Shown piece by piece: positions 28,391 to 38,565 of a stretch of DNA of 48,202 nucleotides (within the stretch, counting starts at the first letter, position 1; each line of letters starts with the position of its first letter). The notes under the pieces were generated by a model, which worked only from the letters and a program-made list of their open reading frames with translations, did not search any database and was not told the origin of the DNA. Source of the stretch: Fidelibacterota bacterium (GTDB lineage: Bacteria; Fidelibacterota; Marinisomatia; Marinisomatales; Marinisomataceae); assembly GCA_018672235.1 (NCBI GenBank), contig JABHGE010000025.1, forward strand, positions 1 through 48,202, given 5' to 3'. The translations under genes and the position numbers were made by a program.

Positions 28391-30595
28391 ATGAAAAAAA
28401 ATTTTATTCTATATATATTATTAACAAATTTATTTGGCCAATCATTTACAGATTTGACTGAAAGACCTACCTATAATCCACAAAAAATTACATCATCAAT
28501 TATTTTAGATGGAACATTGGATGAGCAAGTATGGCTATCGGCTCAAGTAGCTACCAATTTTATTGGAACTGGATTATTTCAGGGAGAATCTGCACCATTA
28601 AATACCGAAGCTAAGCTTCTATATGATGACACCCATCTTTATGTTGGATTTGTTGCATATATCGATAGAGAAGATTTACGCTTCAGCATAACTCAAAGAG
28701 ATAATTTGGATGATAGAGATGATAGGGTGTGGATTAATATTGATGCATTTGATGATGAATCTCTAACATATGTAATTGGAGTGAGTGCTGGTGGAGCGCA
28801 GATAGATGGACGTGCTACTTATAATGTTGATCAATCTTTAGATTTAATATATGAAACTGAAGTAAAAATTTATGAAGATCGTTATGAAGTAGAAATGGCT
28901 ATCCCATTTACTAGTCTTCGATATTCTTTAACCTCAACACAAACCTGGCGAATAAACTTTGGTAGAGGGTTTACCGGCAATGATGAATTTACTCGATATG
29001 TGTATTGGGCATCAAAAGTAGATGGAATTGAGTGCCAAACTTGTCAGTTAGGATTCTTGAATGATATTCAACCACCAAAACAAGAGAGAGGTGATATAGA
29101 ATACATTCCTTCTCTTGTTGGTGGATATTCTGAGGATTTTACAACTAATACATCAAATTCTAATGATGACGTATCAATGTTTATAAAATACCCCATATCG
29201 TCAGTAGATTTATTAGAAATAGCGTTTAATCCAGATTTCAGTCAAATAGAATCAGACGACGTTCAAAACGATCTTAATACTGTAAATGCATTATTTTTCC
29301 GTGAAAAAAGACCTTTTTTTAGTGAAGGAGCAGAGTTATTTCAATTTTCACCTCAAAGAGGGTTTATTAACTTATTTTACTCAAGAACTATAAACGATCC
29401 ATCAATCGTTGGAAAATATACTGGGAAGGTTGGAAAAACTTCTTATGGCGTAATCAGCGCAAGAGATGAATCTTCACCTTTATTACTGCCTTTTGAAGAA
29501 ACAAGTACGGTGGTTAGCATGGGAAAAAGCTCCTCAAATATTGTTCGTGTTAAGCGTATGCTTAAAAATGGCGGTTCTATTGGTGGTATTGTTACAAATC
29601 GAGTATTTGATAATGCTGGAGACATGACAACTGGCGGTATTGATTTTCATTATCATCCAGGAAATAATTTACATTTAACATTGCATGGAACAGCATCCGT
29701 ACACAATGAGTCAAGTAATCTTGAATATAACCCAGATAGTGAAGAATTAGGAATGTTGGATGATCGTACTTCAGCATTTGATGGAGAAAGAATTTCTGGT
29801 AATGCTTTAGGGTTTAGTTTAAATAAAATGAACAGAACAGACAGTATGGGTTTTACGGTTCGTTTACGTTCACCGGGATTTAGAACCAGTAATGGATTTG
29901 AAAAAAATAATTCTACCAAATGGGCTAAACTCTCTCGAGGTAAAAGTATTTATTATGACAACCATCCCATATTGGTAAAAATCAATTTTTCAATAGGTAC
30001 AATCTATAAAACTAATTATGATAATTTGGTAAAATATAAGGAGATAGAAGGTGGTACTAATATCGATTTTGCTGATGGTTCTAATATGATGATAGAGTTT
30101 GAGTTAAGTGAAGAAAATTTTAAAGGCGTTCAATTTGAGAGCGCTGGCTTTCATACTAATTATACTAGAAATCTAAATCAGAATACTAAGTTTCATGGTG
30201 GAATTCATTTTGGCGATGAAATCATTAGATATTTTGATATTCCAGAACAAGGAGATGGTCGCGGAATTTATGGCTATGTTGAATATAAAATTTCAGATTC
30301 CAGCAATTTTTCTTTAGGGTTACAGTATCAAGATGTTGAAGATTATTATCATGGACAGATATTGCAATCAAGATTTAATCATTCATTTTCAAGTAAGCTC
30401 ACTATGCGAACCAAGGTTCAGTATAGTGGATTTTCAGATACATGGTTTATAGAACCTATGGTAACTTATCAACCCAATGCCTTTAGTGCGCTGTATGTAG
30501 GAATAAACGACCTTTTAACAAGCAATGATGGTATGTTTTCAAATCTAAGTGAGAGTGAACGACAATTTTTTATTAAATTTCAATACTTATTTTAG
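28391..30595 (+). CDS. DUF5916 / CBM9-like outer-membrane protein
   Basis: LDGTLDEQVW, EMAIPFTSLRY and NPDFSQIESD..FFREKRPFFSEG motifs; C-terminal FQYLF barrel signal. Confidence 0.85.
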   Translation: MKKNFILYILLTNLFGQSFTDLTERPTYNPQKITSSIILDGTLDEQVWLSAQVATNFIGTGLFQGESAPLNTEAKLLYDDTHLYVGFVAYIDREDLRFSITQRDNLDDRDDRVWINIDAFDDESLTYVIGVSAGGAQIDGRATYNVDQSLDLIYETEVKIYEDRYEVEMAIPFTSLRYSLTSTQTWRINFGRGFTGNDEFTRYVYWASKVDGIECQTCQLGFLNDIQPPKQERGDIEYIPSLVGGYSEDFTTNTSNSNDDVSMFIKYPISSVDLLEIAFNPDFSQIESDDVQNDLNTVNALFFREKRPFFSEGAELFQFSPQRGFINLFYSRTINDPSIVGKYTGKVGKTSYGVISARDESSPLLLPFEETSTVVSMGKSSSNIVRVKRMLKNGGSIGGIVTNRVFDNAGDMTTGGIDFHYHPGNNLHLTLHGTASVHNESSNLEYNPDSEELGMLDDRTSAFDGERISGNALGFSLNKMNRTDSMGFTVRLRSPGFRTSNGFEKNNSTKWAKLSRGKSIYYDNHPILVKINFSIGTIYKTNYDNLVKYKEIEGGTNIDFADGSNMMIEFELSEENFKGVQFESAGFHTNYTRNLNQNTKFHGGIHFGDEIIRYFDIPEQGDGRGIYGYVEYKISDSSNFSLGLQYQDVEDYYHGQILQSRFNHSFSSKLTMRTKVQYSGFSDTWFIEPMVTYQPNAFSALYVGINDLLTSNDGMFSNLSESERQFFIKFQYLF

Positions 30596-30604
30596 GAAGA
30601 ACTC

Positions 30605-30673
30605 ATGAAAAAACTTATTTTATTAGGAATTATTTTATTTTTAAATGGCTGTGTATCATTGTCACTTTTTTAA
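30605..30673 (+). CDS. 22-aa micro-ORF: lipoprotein signal peptide plus 7 residues
   Basis: MKKLILLGIILFLNGCVSLSLF*, AGGAAG upstream; paralogous to the N-terminus of the next gene. Confidence 0.5.
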   Translation: MKKLILLGIILFLNGCVSLSLF

Positions 30674-30683
30674 GAAGATTAAT

Positions 30684-31148
30684 ATGAAAAAAATTACAAT
30701 AGTAGTATTAGTATTATTTATCAATGGATGTGTATCACTTTCACTGGGAGAGAACTTAGCAAAAAAAGTTTCTAAGAAGCGTTCTAATGAATCAGTAGCG
30801 TTAGATGCTATCATGTATGATTCCTCTGCATCAACAATGCTAGCTATAAATCATATTCTTCCTGCAAAAAGTGCAAAATTTGAAATGATAAACAATAACA
30901 TTATTTTTCCAGCAATAAAGCGTAATGATATAGATGTTTATAATAGTTTAAAATTTTTAGCACCAGAAGCCCCCAATCAAGACGGAAATTATACATTTAT
31001 TTATATTGCTAGTCCTTATCTTGAAGATAAAAGCTATGATCTTTTAGAAATTCTAGTTGACGAATACGGTAGATTGACCGCAGAAGAGTATTTTGATATC
31101 TGGATAAACTGCTTCGCTTCCGAGCAAGTAGTAATGACTTTTAGATGA
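30684..31148 (+). CDS. Hypothetical lipoprotein
   Basis: ATG 30684 gives MKKITIVVLVLFINGC lipobox (track start 30645). Confidence 0.75.
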   Translation: MKKITIVVLVLFINGCVSLSLGENLAKKVSKKRSNESVALDAIMYDSSASTMLAINHILPAKSAKFEMINNNIIFPAIKRNDIDVYNSLKFLAPEAPNQDGNYTFIYIASPYLEDKSYDLLEILVDEYGRLTAEEYFDIWINCFASEQVVMTFR

Positions 31149-31192
31149 TAAAATCATACCTTTTTGACTTATTCTATATTAAATTTTCTTCA

Positions 31193-31858
31193 ATGAGAGC
31201 ATTACAAATTTTTTTCACCTTATGTCTTGGCATGCAATTACTTGTCGGTCAAAACGTTGAAATAGAGCCAGATCGTCCGGGTACAGATAATTACCAAGAA
31301 AGAAGTAGGGCAAATCTAAGATCAGAATCTATTGTAAATATCTACTCCAATGTTGCTGTCGCTGATGTCCATGTTTGGAATTTACCATGGCAATCATCAG
31401 AAAGGACATTTCCAGCTAAAATAGCTTTACCAACAGACAATCAACGTTATATCATTAGTTTCTACACACAAGCTGAATTTCAAGCCATTACTCAAGAATT
31501 ACAGACATTCGATTTTGATTCCAGAGATATCGAGGAGTTTGAGCTATTGCAAGATCAATTTGCAAGAATGGAACTAGCAACAAAGTATGTACGTCCTATT
31601 CCGGGAACAGATGCGTCTGTATTTTTAACACATTGTTCAAGCGATGATTTAGATTGCGAAAAAGGTATGCATTGGTTAGATCAATTTTATGCGCATTATT
31701 ATGACGCAAAACAAGAACAAAATCTTGTATCAGACTTAAACGGTTCTGATTTAACAGAAGAAGAAAAATTTTTAGTTAGACGACATCGCTTAGGTGTCCT
31801 TAGTATGGTTAGTTTGTTTTCAATGGTCATGTTCGTTATAGATAGTAACGTTCAGTGA
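31193..31858 (+). CDS. Hypothetical exported protein with C-terminal TM
   Basis: ATG 31193 gives a signal peptide and has TAAATT 7 nt upstream (track start 31145). Confidence 0.65.
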   Translation: MRALQIFFTLCLGMQLLVGQNVEIEPDRPGTDNYQERSRANLRSESIVNIYSNVAVADVHVWNLPWQSSERTFPAKIALPTDNQRYIISFYTQAEFQAITQELQTFDFDSRDIEEFELLQDQFARMELATKYVRPIPGTDASVFLTHCSSDDLDCEKGMHWLDQFYAHYYDAKQEQNLVSDLNGSDLTEEEKFLVRRHRLGVLSMVSLFSMVMFVIDSNVQ

Positions 31859-33795
31859 CAAACATTTCTATTAATATCATCGGTATTGGTACTGAAACTT
31901 ATCCGAGCGGAATAACTCCATTAGAAATACTTTCTTCAGCCAAAGGAGTATCAAAAGATACTTTAATTTGTAAAGTAGATAAAGTTCTTACTGACTTAAG
32001 CGCATCACTGACTAGTAACGCCACCGTTCAATTCCTTGATGGGAAAAGCAAAGATGGTCATAATGTATTATTACATAGCACTGCTCACTTAATGGCTCAG
32101 GCAGCTAAAAGATTGTATCCTAAGACTAAAGTTACTATTGGGCCATATTTAGAGAACAGATTCTATTATGATTTTGATGTAGAAACTCCTTTTACAGATG
32201 AAGATTTGCTAAAAATTGAACATGAGATGCTAAAAATATCTCAAGAAAATTTAGATATTGTACATGATGTGAAATCAAGAAAAGATGCATTGAAGTTTTT
32301 TAAAGAAATAGGCGAAGATTATAAGGTTGAAATTATTAACGATTTAGATGAATCTGAGGTTCTTAAGGTATATACTCAGGGAGATTTTACTGATCTTTGT
32401 AGAGGTCCACACGTTCCATCTACCGGCCTAATTCAGCATTTTAAACTATTGTCATCTTCAGCAGCTTATTGGAGGGGAGATGAAAATAATCAAACCTTAC
32501 AACGTATATACGGTACCTCCTTTACTAACGCCAAAGATCTTAAAAAATATTTATTAATGCTTGAAGAGCAGAAGAAGAGAGATCATCGTAAAATTGGAAA
32601 AGAATTAGATTTATACTTTCATGATGAAGAGGTAGGTCCTGGATTACCTTTGTGGACTCCAAATGGAGCTGTTATGATTGACGAATTGGAGGCTCTCGCA
32701 AAAGAAAAAGAAGACCTAGGGGGCTATAAGAGAGTAAGAACTCCTCACATCACTAAAGGTTCCCTATATGAGAAGTCAGGTCACTTAGAGCACTATAGAT
32801 CAAGTATGTATCCAGCAATGGACGTAGACGGCACTGACTATTACATGAAACCAATGAATTGTCCTCATCATCATAAAATATATGCAAATACACCTAAAAG
32901 TTATCGTGATTTACCATACCGTTTATCAGAATATGGAACATGTTATCGATATGAAAAATCAGGTGAATTATTTGGACTCATGCGAGTTAGAAGTATGCAA
33001 ATGAATGATGCGCATATCTATTGTACTGAAGATCAGTTTAAAGAGGAGTTTATAGCTGTATGTAATATGTATATGGAATATTTTAAAATTTTTGAAATAG
33101 AAAAATATGAGATGCGATTAAGTCTTCATGATCCTAAAGATCTTGGTAAAAAGTATATAAACAATCCTAAGCTTTGGAAAAAAACAGAAGACGATGTAAG
33201 AAATGCTTTAGTTGATGCTGGGTTAAAATTCACTGAATCTGTTGGAGATGCTGCATTTTATGGCCCAAAAATAGATGTTCAAGTTTGGAGCGCCATAGGT
33301 AAAGAGTTTAGTTTGGCTACCAATCAAGTAGATTTTGCAGTCCCTGAGCGTTTTAATCTGACTTATAAAGATGCAGATGGTCATTCTAAAACTCCACTAT
33401 GTATCCACAGAGCTCCATTAGGTACACATGAACGATTTATTGGATTCCTTATCGAGCATTTTGGTGGAAACTTTCCATTATGGCTTGCTCCAAGACAAGT
33501 AACTATTCTTCCTGTTTCTGACAAATTTAATGATTATGCACACAGTGTATGCGAGTCATTAAAATCTCATGGGATTAGAGTTGATTTAGATAGTCGATCA
33601 GAAAAAATTGGTTCAAAGATTAGAGATGCAGAAATGCAGAAAGTAAATATTATGGTGATCGTAGGTGAAAAAGAAGTTGAAGATAGCACCCTTACCATTA
33701 GAAGAAGATTTATTAAGCAACAAGAAACGGTTTCATTAAAAGATTTTTCTGATGAAATCATAAATGAAATAAACGATAGGAGAGTACCGAATTAA
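31855..33795 (+). CDS. thrS: Threonine--tRNA ligase
   Basis: HSTAHLMAQA, DLCRGPH, RDHRK, KPMNCP and FYGPKID motifs. Confidence 0.98.
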   Translation: MTNISINIIGIGTETYPSGITPLEILSSAKGVSKDTLICKVDKVLTDLSASLTSNATVQFLDGKSKDGHNVLLHSTAHLMAQAAKRLYPKTKVTIGPYLENRFYYDFDVETPFTDEDLLKIEHEMLKISQENLDIVHDVKSRKDALKFFKEIGEDYKVEIINDLDESEVLKVYTQGDFTDLCRGPHVPSTGLIQHFKLLSSSAAYWRGDENNQTLQRIYGTSFTNAKDLKKYLLMLEEQKKRDHRKIGKELDLYFHDEEVGPGLPLWTPNGAVMIDELEALAKEKEDLGGYKRVRTPHITKGSLYEKSGHLEHYRSSMYPAMDVDGTDYYMKPMNCPHHHKIYANTPKSYRDLPYRLSEYGTCYRYEKSGELFGLMRVRSMQMNDAHIYCTEDQFKEEFIAVCNMYMEYFKIFEIEKYEMRLSLHDPKDLGKKYINNPKLWKKTEDDVRNALVDAGLKFTESVGDAAFYGPKIDVQVWSAIGKEFSLATNQVDFAVPERFNLTYKDADGHSKTPLCIHRAPLGTHERFIGFLIEHFGGNFPLWLAPRQVTILPVSDKFNDYAHSVCESLKSHGIRVDLDSRSEKIGSKIRDAEMQKVNIMVIVGEKEVEDSTLTIRRRFIKQQETVSLKDFSDEIINEINDRRVPN

Positions 33796-34300
33796 AAAAC
33801 AGAGAATAAGAGTAAATAACCGTATTTATGCTGATAAAATCAGATTGATAGGTCATGACAAAGAACAAATAGGAATCGTAACGGTTCCAGAAGCATTAAG
33901 CAAAGCGGAAGACGTAGGTTTAGATCTTGTAGAAATTTCACCTAATGCAAAACCGCCCGTATGTAAAATTATGGATTTCGGCAAATTCAAGTATGAAGAA
34001 AAAAAGAAAGCACAACAAAGTCGAAAAAATCATCAAGTTATAAAAGTAAAAGAATTAAGAATGAGACCTAACATTGGAGACCATGACTTAGAAAATAAAC
34101 TAAAAATGGGAAAAAAGTTTTTAGGCGAAGGTTACAAACTAAAGCTTACTTTGATGTATAGAGGTAGAGAAATGTCACGTCAAGATTTAGGTCAAGACTT
34201 ATTAACCAGAGTTTTGTCGTCATTAAGTGAGCATGCACAGATGGAAAAAGATTCTCCTTTGATGGGACGAAAGAAATCTATAATATTGGCTCCGAAATAG
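33791..34300 (+). CDS. infC: Translation initiation factor IF-3 (ATT start)
   Basis: In-frame ATT at 33791 restores IKKQRIRVNNRI...; LDLVEISP and PPVCKIMDFGKF motifs; AGGAG upstream. Confidence 0.95.
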   Translation: MKKQRIRVNNRIYADKIRLIGHDKEQIGIVTVPEALSKAEDVGLDLVEISPNAKPPVCKIMDFGKFKYEEKKKAQQSRKNHQVIKVKELRMRPNIGDHDLENKLKMGKKFLGEGYKLKLTLMYRGREMSRQDLGQDLLTRVLSSLSEHAQMEKDSPLMGRKKSIILAPK

Positions 34301-34308
34301 GAAATATT

Positions 34309-34506
34309 ATGCCAAAGATGAAAACAAGAAAAAGTGTATCAAAAAGATTTAAAGTTACTGCTTCAGGTAAACTGAAACGTAATAAGGCAGGACACTCACA
34401 TATGTTAATCCGTAGGGATGGAGATGTGAAGCGTTCAGCTAAAAAAGCGACAGTAGTAGCGCCGTCTTTTGAGAAGCGTATGAAAAAAATGATGGGGAAA
34501 ATATAA
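34309..34506 (+). CDS. rpmI: 50S ribosomal protein L35
   Basis: MPKMKTRKSVSKRFKVTASGK. Confidence 0.97.
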   Translation: MPKMKTRKSVSKRFKVTASGKLKRNKAGHSHMLIRRDGDVKRSAKKATVVAPSFEKRMKKMMGKI

Positions 34507-34509
34507 GTT

Positions 34510-34860
34510 ATGCCAAGGTCCAATAGTTCAGTCCCAAGACATAGAAGACACCGCAAAACTGTTAAGTTAGCGAAAGGTTATTTCGGAGCAAGAAGCCGAT
34601 TATATAAATCTGCAAAAGACGCAGTGGTTAAAGCTGGATTGTATGCTTATAGAGATAGAAGACAGAAAAAACGCCAATTTAGACGTCTATGGATCGTACG
34701 TATTAATGCCGCATCAAGATTAAATGGTTTATCATATTCAAATTTTGTACATTTATTGAAGGAGAAGGGTGTCGTTTTAGATAGAAAGATTTTAGCTCAT
34801 TTAGCAGTTAATAATCCATCTGTCTTTGAAGACCTTGTAAAATATTTAAAGAAAAAATAA
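34510..34860 (+). CDS. rplT: 50S ribosomal protein L20
   Basis: [30 protein letters not shown]. Confidence 0.98.
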   Translation: MPRSNSSVPRHRRHRKTVKLAKGYFGARSRLYKSAKDAVVKAGLYAYRDRRQKKRQFRRLWIVRINAASRLNGLSYSNFVHLLKEKGVVLDRKILAHLAVNNPSVFEDLVKYLKKK

Positions 34861-34868
34861 AAATAAAG

Positions 34869-35858
34869 ATGTCACTAGATAACACTATCAAAGAAATTCA
34901 GACATCTTTTCGCTCAGATTTATCTAACTGCAAAACAACTACTGACCTCGAAAATATCCGCATTACCTACTTAGGAAGAAAAGGTAAGATTACTATTTTA
35001 TTTGATGAATTCGCAAAACTACCGGGATCTGAGAAACCTAAGTACGGAAAAGCATTAAATGTCTTAAAGGTGGACTTAACTACCGCTTTTAATCAAAAAA
35101 TGAATGAATTGAATCCTAATAGTAGTGGATCCAATAGTAATTCAACAGATTTTTCATTACCTGGATACGATCTACCAAAAGGAAGTTTGCATCCATTAGA
35201 ACAAATTACGATTGAGATAAAATCAATTTTTCAATCTATTGGGTTTTCTGTTGCATATGGACCTGAAATCGATGATGATTATCATAATTTTGAAGCATTG
35301 AATGTTCCAAAACATCATCCTGCGAGAGATATGCAAGATACTTTTTTTATTGACCCTAATACGGTATTAAGAACCCATACTTCGAATGTTCAGATTCACT
35401 TAATGGAGAATCAAGATCCACCTATTCGTCATATTTGTTGTGGACGGGTCTTTAGAAATGAAGCAGTGAGCTATAAAAGCTTTTGCTTATTTAATCAAGT
35501 TGAAGGTTTGGTCGTAAATGAATCGTCTTCTTTTTCAGAAATGAAAGGTACTTTAGAATATTTTGTTGAAGAGATGTTCGGAAAAGGTACAAAAATGCGA
35601 TTTAGACCAAGTTATTTTCCATTTACTGAACCAAGTGCTGAAGTAGATATATGGAATGATAAACTTAGTCAATGGATGGAAATCCTAGGTTGCGGTATGG
35701 TAAACCCAAATGTTCTTGCAAATGTTGGGTATGACAATAAAAAATATCAGGGATTTGCTTTTGGGATGGGTATAGAGCGTATTGCAATGATTAAATATGG
35801 AATTAAAGATATTCGTTTATTCTATCAGAATGACAAACGATTCTTGGAGCAATTTTAA
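34869..35858 (+). CDS. pheS: Phenylalanine--tRNA ligase alpha subunit
   Basis: HPARDMQDTF, LRTHTS and FRPSYFPFTEPS motifs. Confidence 0.98.
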   Translation: MSLDNTIKEIQTSFRSDLSNCKTTTDLENIRITYLGRKGKITILFDEFAKLPGSEKPKYGKALNVLKVDLTTAFNQKMNELNPNSSGSNSNSTDFSLPGYDLPKGSLHPLEQITIEIKSIFQSIGFSVAYGPEIDDDYHNFEALNVPKHHPARDMQDTFFIDPNTVLRTHTSNVQIHLMENQDPPIRHICCGRVFRNEAVSYKSFCLFNQVEGLVVNESSSFSEMKGTLEYFVEEMFGKGTKMRFRPSYFPFTEPSAEVDIWNDKLSQWMEILGCGMVNPNVLANVGYDNKKYQGFAFGMGIERIAMIKYGIKDIRLFYQNDKRFLEQF

Positions 35859-38236
35859 TGAAAGTTTCCCTGTCATGGCTTAAGCGATTTGTTGACTTTG
35901 AATATTCTTCATCTGAGCTCGCAGATAAACTAACTATGCAAGGATTTGAATCTGAGGTACTTACAGACTTTAGCTCACTTCAGCATATTGTTGTAGGAGA
36001 GGTTAAATCTGCCGAAAAACATCCAGATGCTGATAAGTTGAAGGTTTGTACCGTTACAGATGGAAACGACTCATACAACGTTGTTTGTGGTGCACCTAAT
36101 GTTGACAAAGGTCAAAAAATTGTATTTGCTAAGGTAGGCGCTGTATTGCCTGGGGATTTTAAAATTGGAAAAGCAAAAATTAGAGGTGTTGAAAGTTTTG
36201 GAATGATTTGCTCTGAAAGAGAGTTAGGGATATCAGAAGAACATGACGGTATCATGGTTTTAGATAATTCTTGCGAGGTTGGTGTAAATATTGATTCGAT
36301 CTTAGGAGAAGCATATGACGCTATTGATGTAGAAATTACTCCAGATAAAGCATTCGCATTAAGTCATCGCGGTATTGCAAGAGAAGTTGCTGCTATGTTA
36401 GGTGCTAAGCTTAAAACTCCAATCGAAGTATCAAAGATTGCGTCTAAAGGAAAAGATCTTATTAAGGTGTCATTAGACAAAGATGGTGGATGTACTCGCT
36501 ATATTGCAGGTATAATGAAAAACCTTACAGTTGGACCATCACCTAAATGGCTTGCAGACTACTTGAAGTCTGCTGGACAAAAAAGTATCAACAATCTAGT
36601 TGATATATCAAATTTTATGTTATTAGAAATTGGACATCCAACACATATTTTTGATTTAAATAAGTTGTCAAAACCTACTATTGAAGTAAAATGGGCTAAA
36701 AAAGGTGAAAAATTTGATGCATTAGACGAAGAATCATACAAATTAGATACCGACCATCTAGTTGTTACAGACTCTGTAAATACTATTGCTCTAGCAGGAA
36801 TCATTGGAGGAAAAGATAGTGCTGTATCAGATACAACAACTGAAGTCTTGATTGAGAGCGCTTACTTTAATCCGGTTGTTATAAGAAAAGGATCTAAAAA
36901 ATTAAATTTATTATCTGAAGCATCTAGACGTTTTGAAAGAGGAGCAGATCCTGAGGCGACTCTAGAAGCTTTTTACATGATTGTAGGTCTTATGACTGAA
37001 GTAGCGGGAGGTACGTTAGAATCGCTTATTACGGATGAGTCTACTATCGATACTACTTTGCATAAGGTTTCTTTATCAGAAGACAAGCTCTTAAAGTATA
37101 CAGGACAGGAAATAGATTCTAAATCTGTTGGTTCAATACTTGATGGACTGTATATCGGTTACGATAAATCAAAAACAGGTTGGGATTGTATCATTCCATC
37201 CTTCAGGCATGATGTAGTATATGAAACAGATCTTATAGAAGAGATTTTACGTTGCTATGGTTATGAAAATATTAAATCTTCATATAGTTTTTCATCTCAA
37301 ATGCAATATGCCAATGATGAAGAACAGCCATTATTTAAACTAAAGCAGTACCTGTCATCTTTAGGATTCAATCAATGTTATAATAATTCATTACAAGACA
37401 TCCAGGAGGTTAAGGCGTTTGGTATTACTCCTGTATCCGTTATGAATCCATCTTCAGAAAGAATGAATACATTACGTACAACTCTTCATCGTGGTTTATT
37501 AGAGAATTTAGATTTTAATTTTAAGAATGGTTCATCCAATACATTGATTTATGAGCATGGAACTGTATTTGAGAAAAAAGGAGATACCTTAAAAGATATT
37601 GATCAAGTGAGTAATTTCTCCTGCCTAGTACATGGAAATTTTTATGATAAGGGTGTTCACTTTGATGGGGTAGAAAATAATTTCTTTTTATTAAAGGGGA
37701 TAGCAACCAACGCATTTCAAACCCTCACTAAAGCTAAAGTTAAGTTTGTAGAAGATAAGAGTTCGTATTGTGACGTATTTTATCGTATCGTTGATAACAA
37801 AAAGAATACTGTGGGCTCTATAGGGAGTATAGCAGATTCTTTTCTTGATAAGCTAGATATTGCACATAAGACGGATGTTTGTGTTATGGATATTAATACA
37901 ACCTTCTTTACGGAGCATTTTAATCATAGCGTTAAGGTAAAAGATATTATTTTATACCCTGTAGTTACTAGGGATTTAAATTTTAAGCTAGATAGCGGTG
38001 CTAATCTAGGCGAAGTATGTTCTGCTATGAAATCGGTAAATCAATCAATATTGCAAGATGTATGGCCTATTGATATTTACCAATCAAAAGAAGAGAAAAG
38101 TAAGAAGAATGTATTATTCAAGCTATCATTTCAGAACATTAAGAAAACACTTGAAGACAATGAGGTAAATGCAATTATTGCACAAATTATAAGTATTGTT
38201 ACAAAGAAATTTAATGCTAAATTAAGAGATAATTAA
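35858..38236 (+). CDS. pheT: Phenylalanine--tRNA ligase beta subunit
   Basis: HPDADKL, VCGAPN, RFERG and DLIEEI motifs; 792 aa. Confidence 0.98.
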   Translation: MKVSLSWLKRFVDFEYSSSELADKLTMQGFESEVLTDFSSLQHIVVGEVKSAEKHPDADKLKVCTVTDGNDSYNVVCGAPNVDKGQKIVFAKVGAVLPGDFKIGKAKIRGVESFGMICSERELGISEEHDGIMVLDNSCEVGVNIDSILGEAYDAIDVEITPDKAFALSHRGIAREVAAMLGAKLKTPIEVSKIASKGKDLIKVSLDKDGGCTRYIAGIMKNLTVGPSPKWLADYLKSAGQKSINNLVDISNFMLLEIGHPTHIFDLNKLSKPTIEVKWAKKGEKFDALDEESYKLDTDHLVVTDSVNTIALAGIIGGKDSAVSDTTTEVLIESAYFNPVVIRKGSKKLNLLSEASRRFERGADPEATLEAFYMIVGLMTEVAGGTLESLITDESTIDTTLHKVSLSEDKLLKYTGQEIDSKSVGSILDGLYIGYDKSKTGWDCIIPSFRHDVVYETDLIEEILRCYGYENIKSSYSFSSQMQYANDEEQPLFKLKQYLSSLGFNQCYNNSLQDIQEVKAFGITPVSVMNPSSERMNTLRTTLHRGLLENLDFNFKNGSSNTLIYEHGTVFEKKGDTLKDIDQVSNFSCLVHGNFYDKGVHFDGVENNFFLLKGIATNAFQTLTKAKVKFVEDKSSYCDVFYRIVDNKKNTVGSIGSIADSFLDKLDIAHKTDVCVMDINTTFFTEHFNHSVKVKDIILYPVVTRDLNFKLDSGANLGEVCSAMKSVNQSILQDVWPIDIYQSKEEKSKKNVLFKLSFQNIKKTLEDNEVNAIIAQIISIVTKKFNAKLRDN

Positions 38237-38249
38237 TAGGAAGATAGCT

Positions 38250-38543
38250 ATGGAAGATTCAGAAAAAAAAGTTGTAAAAGTTAGAATTTTTGGCCAAGAA
38301 TACTCTATCCGAGCTACCGTTAACGAAGACCACATAAGAGAATGTGCTGCGTTGGTAGACAGAAAGATGGCTGAAATTCAAAGATCAGCACCTTCATCCT
38401 TAAATGCATCTAAGATAGCTATTTTAGCTGCAATGAACATCTCTGATGAATTGATGAGCGCACAAAGAGGAGAGTATTCCTTTAAAGGCGAAGTAGAATC
38501 GAAGATTAAGTCTTTGGTTGAACGTATTGAAGAAATAGTTTAA
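38250..38543 (+). CDS. zapA: Cell division protein ZapA
   Basis: VRIFGQEY..AALVDRKM..AILAAMNISDE; pheT-zapA synteny. Confidence 0.9.
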   Translation: MEDSEKKVVKVRIFGQEYSIRATVNEDHIRECAALVDRKMAEIQRSAPSSLNASKIAILAAMNISDELMSAQRGEYSFKGEVESKIKSLVERIEEIV

Positions 38544-38565
38544 AAAGTAACAGAGAAAGGGTTTT

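Noticed and set aside
34861..34868. pheST attenuator or T-box leader
   Set aside because: Only 8 nt separate rplT and pheS.
38544..38565. 6S RNA after zapA
   Set aside because: Only 22 nt separate zapA and folD.
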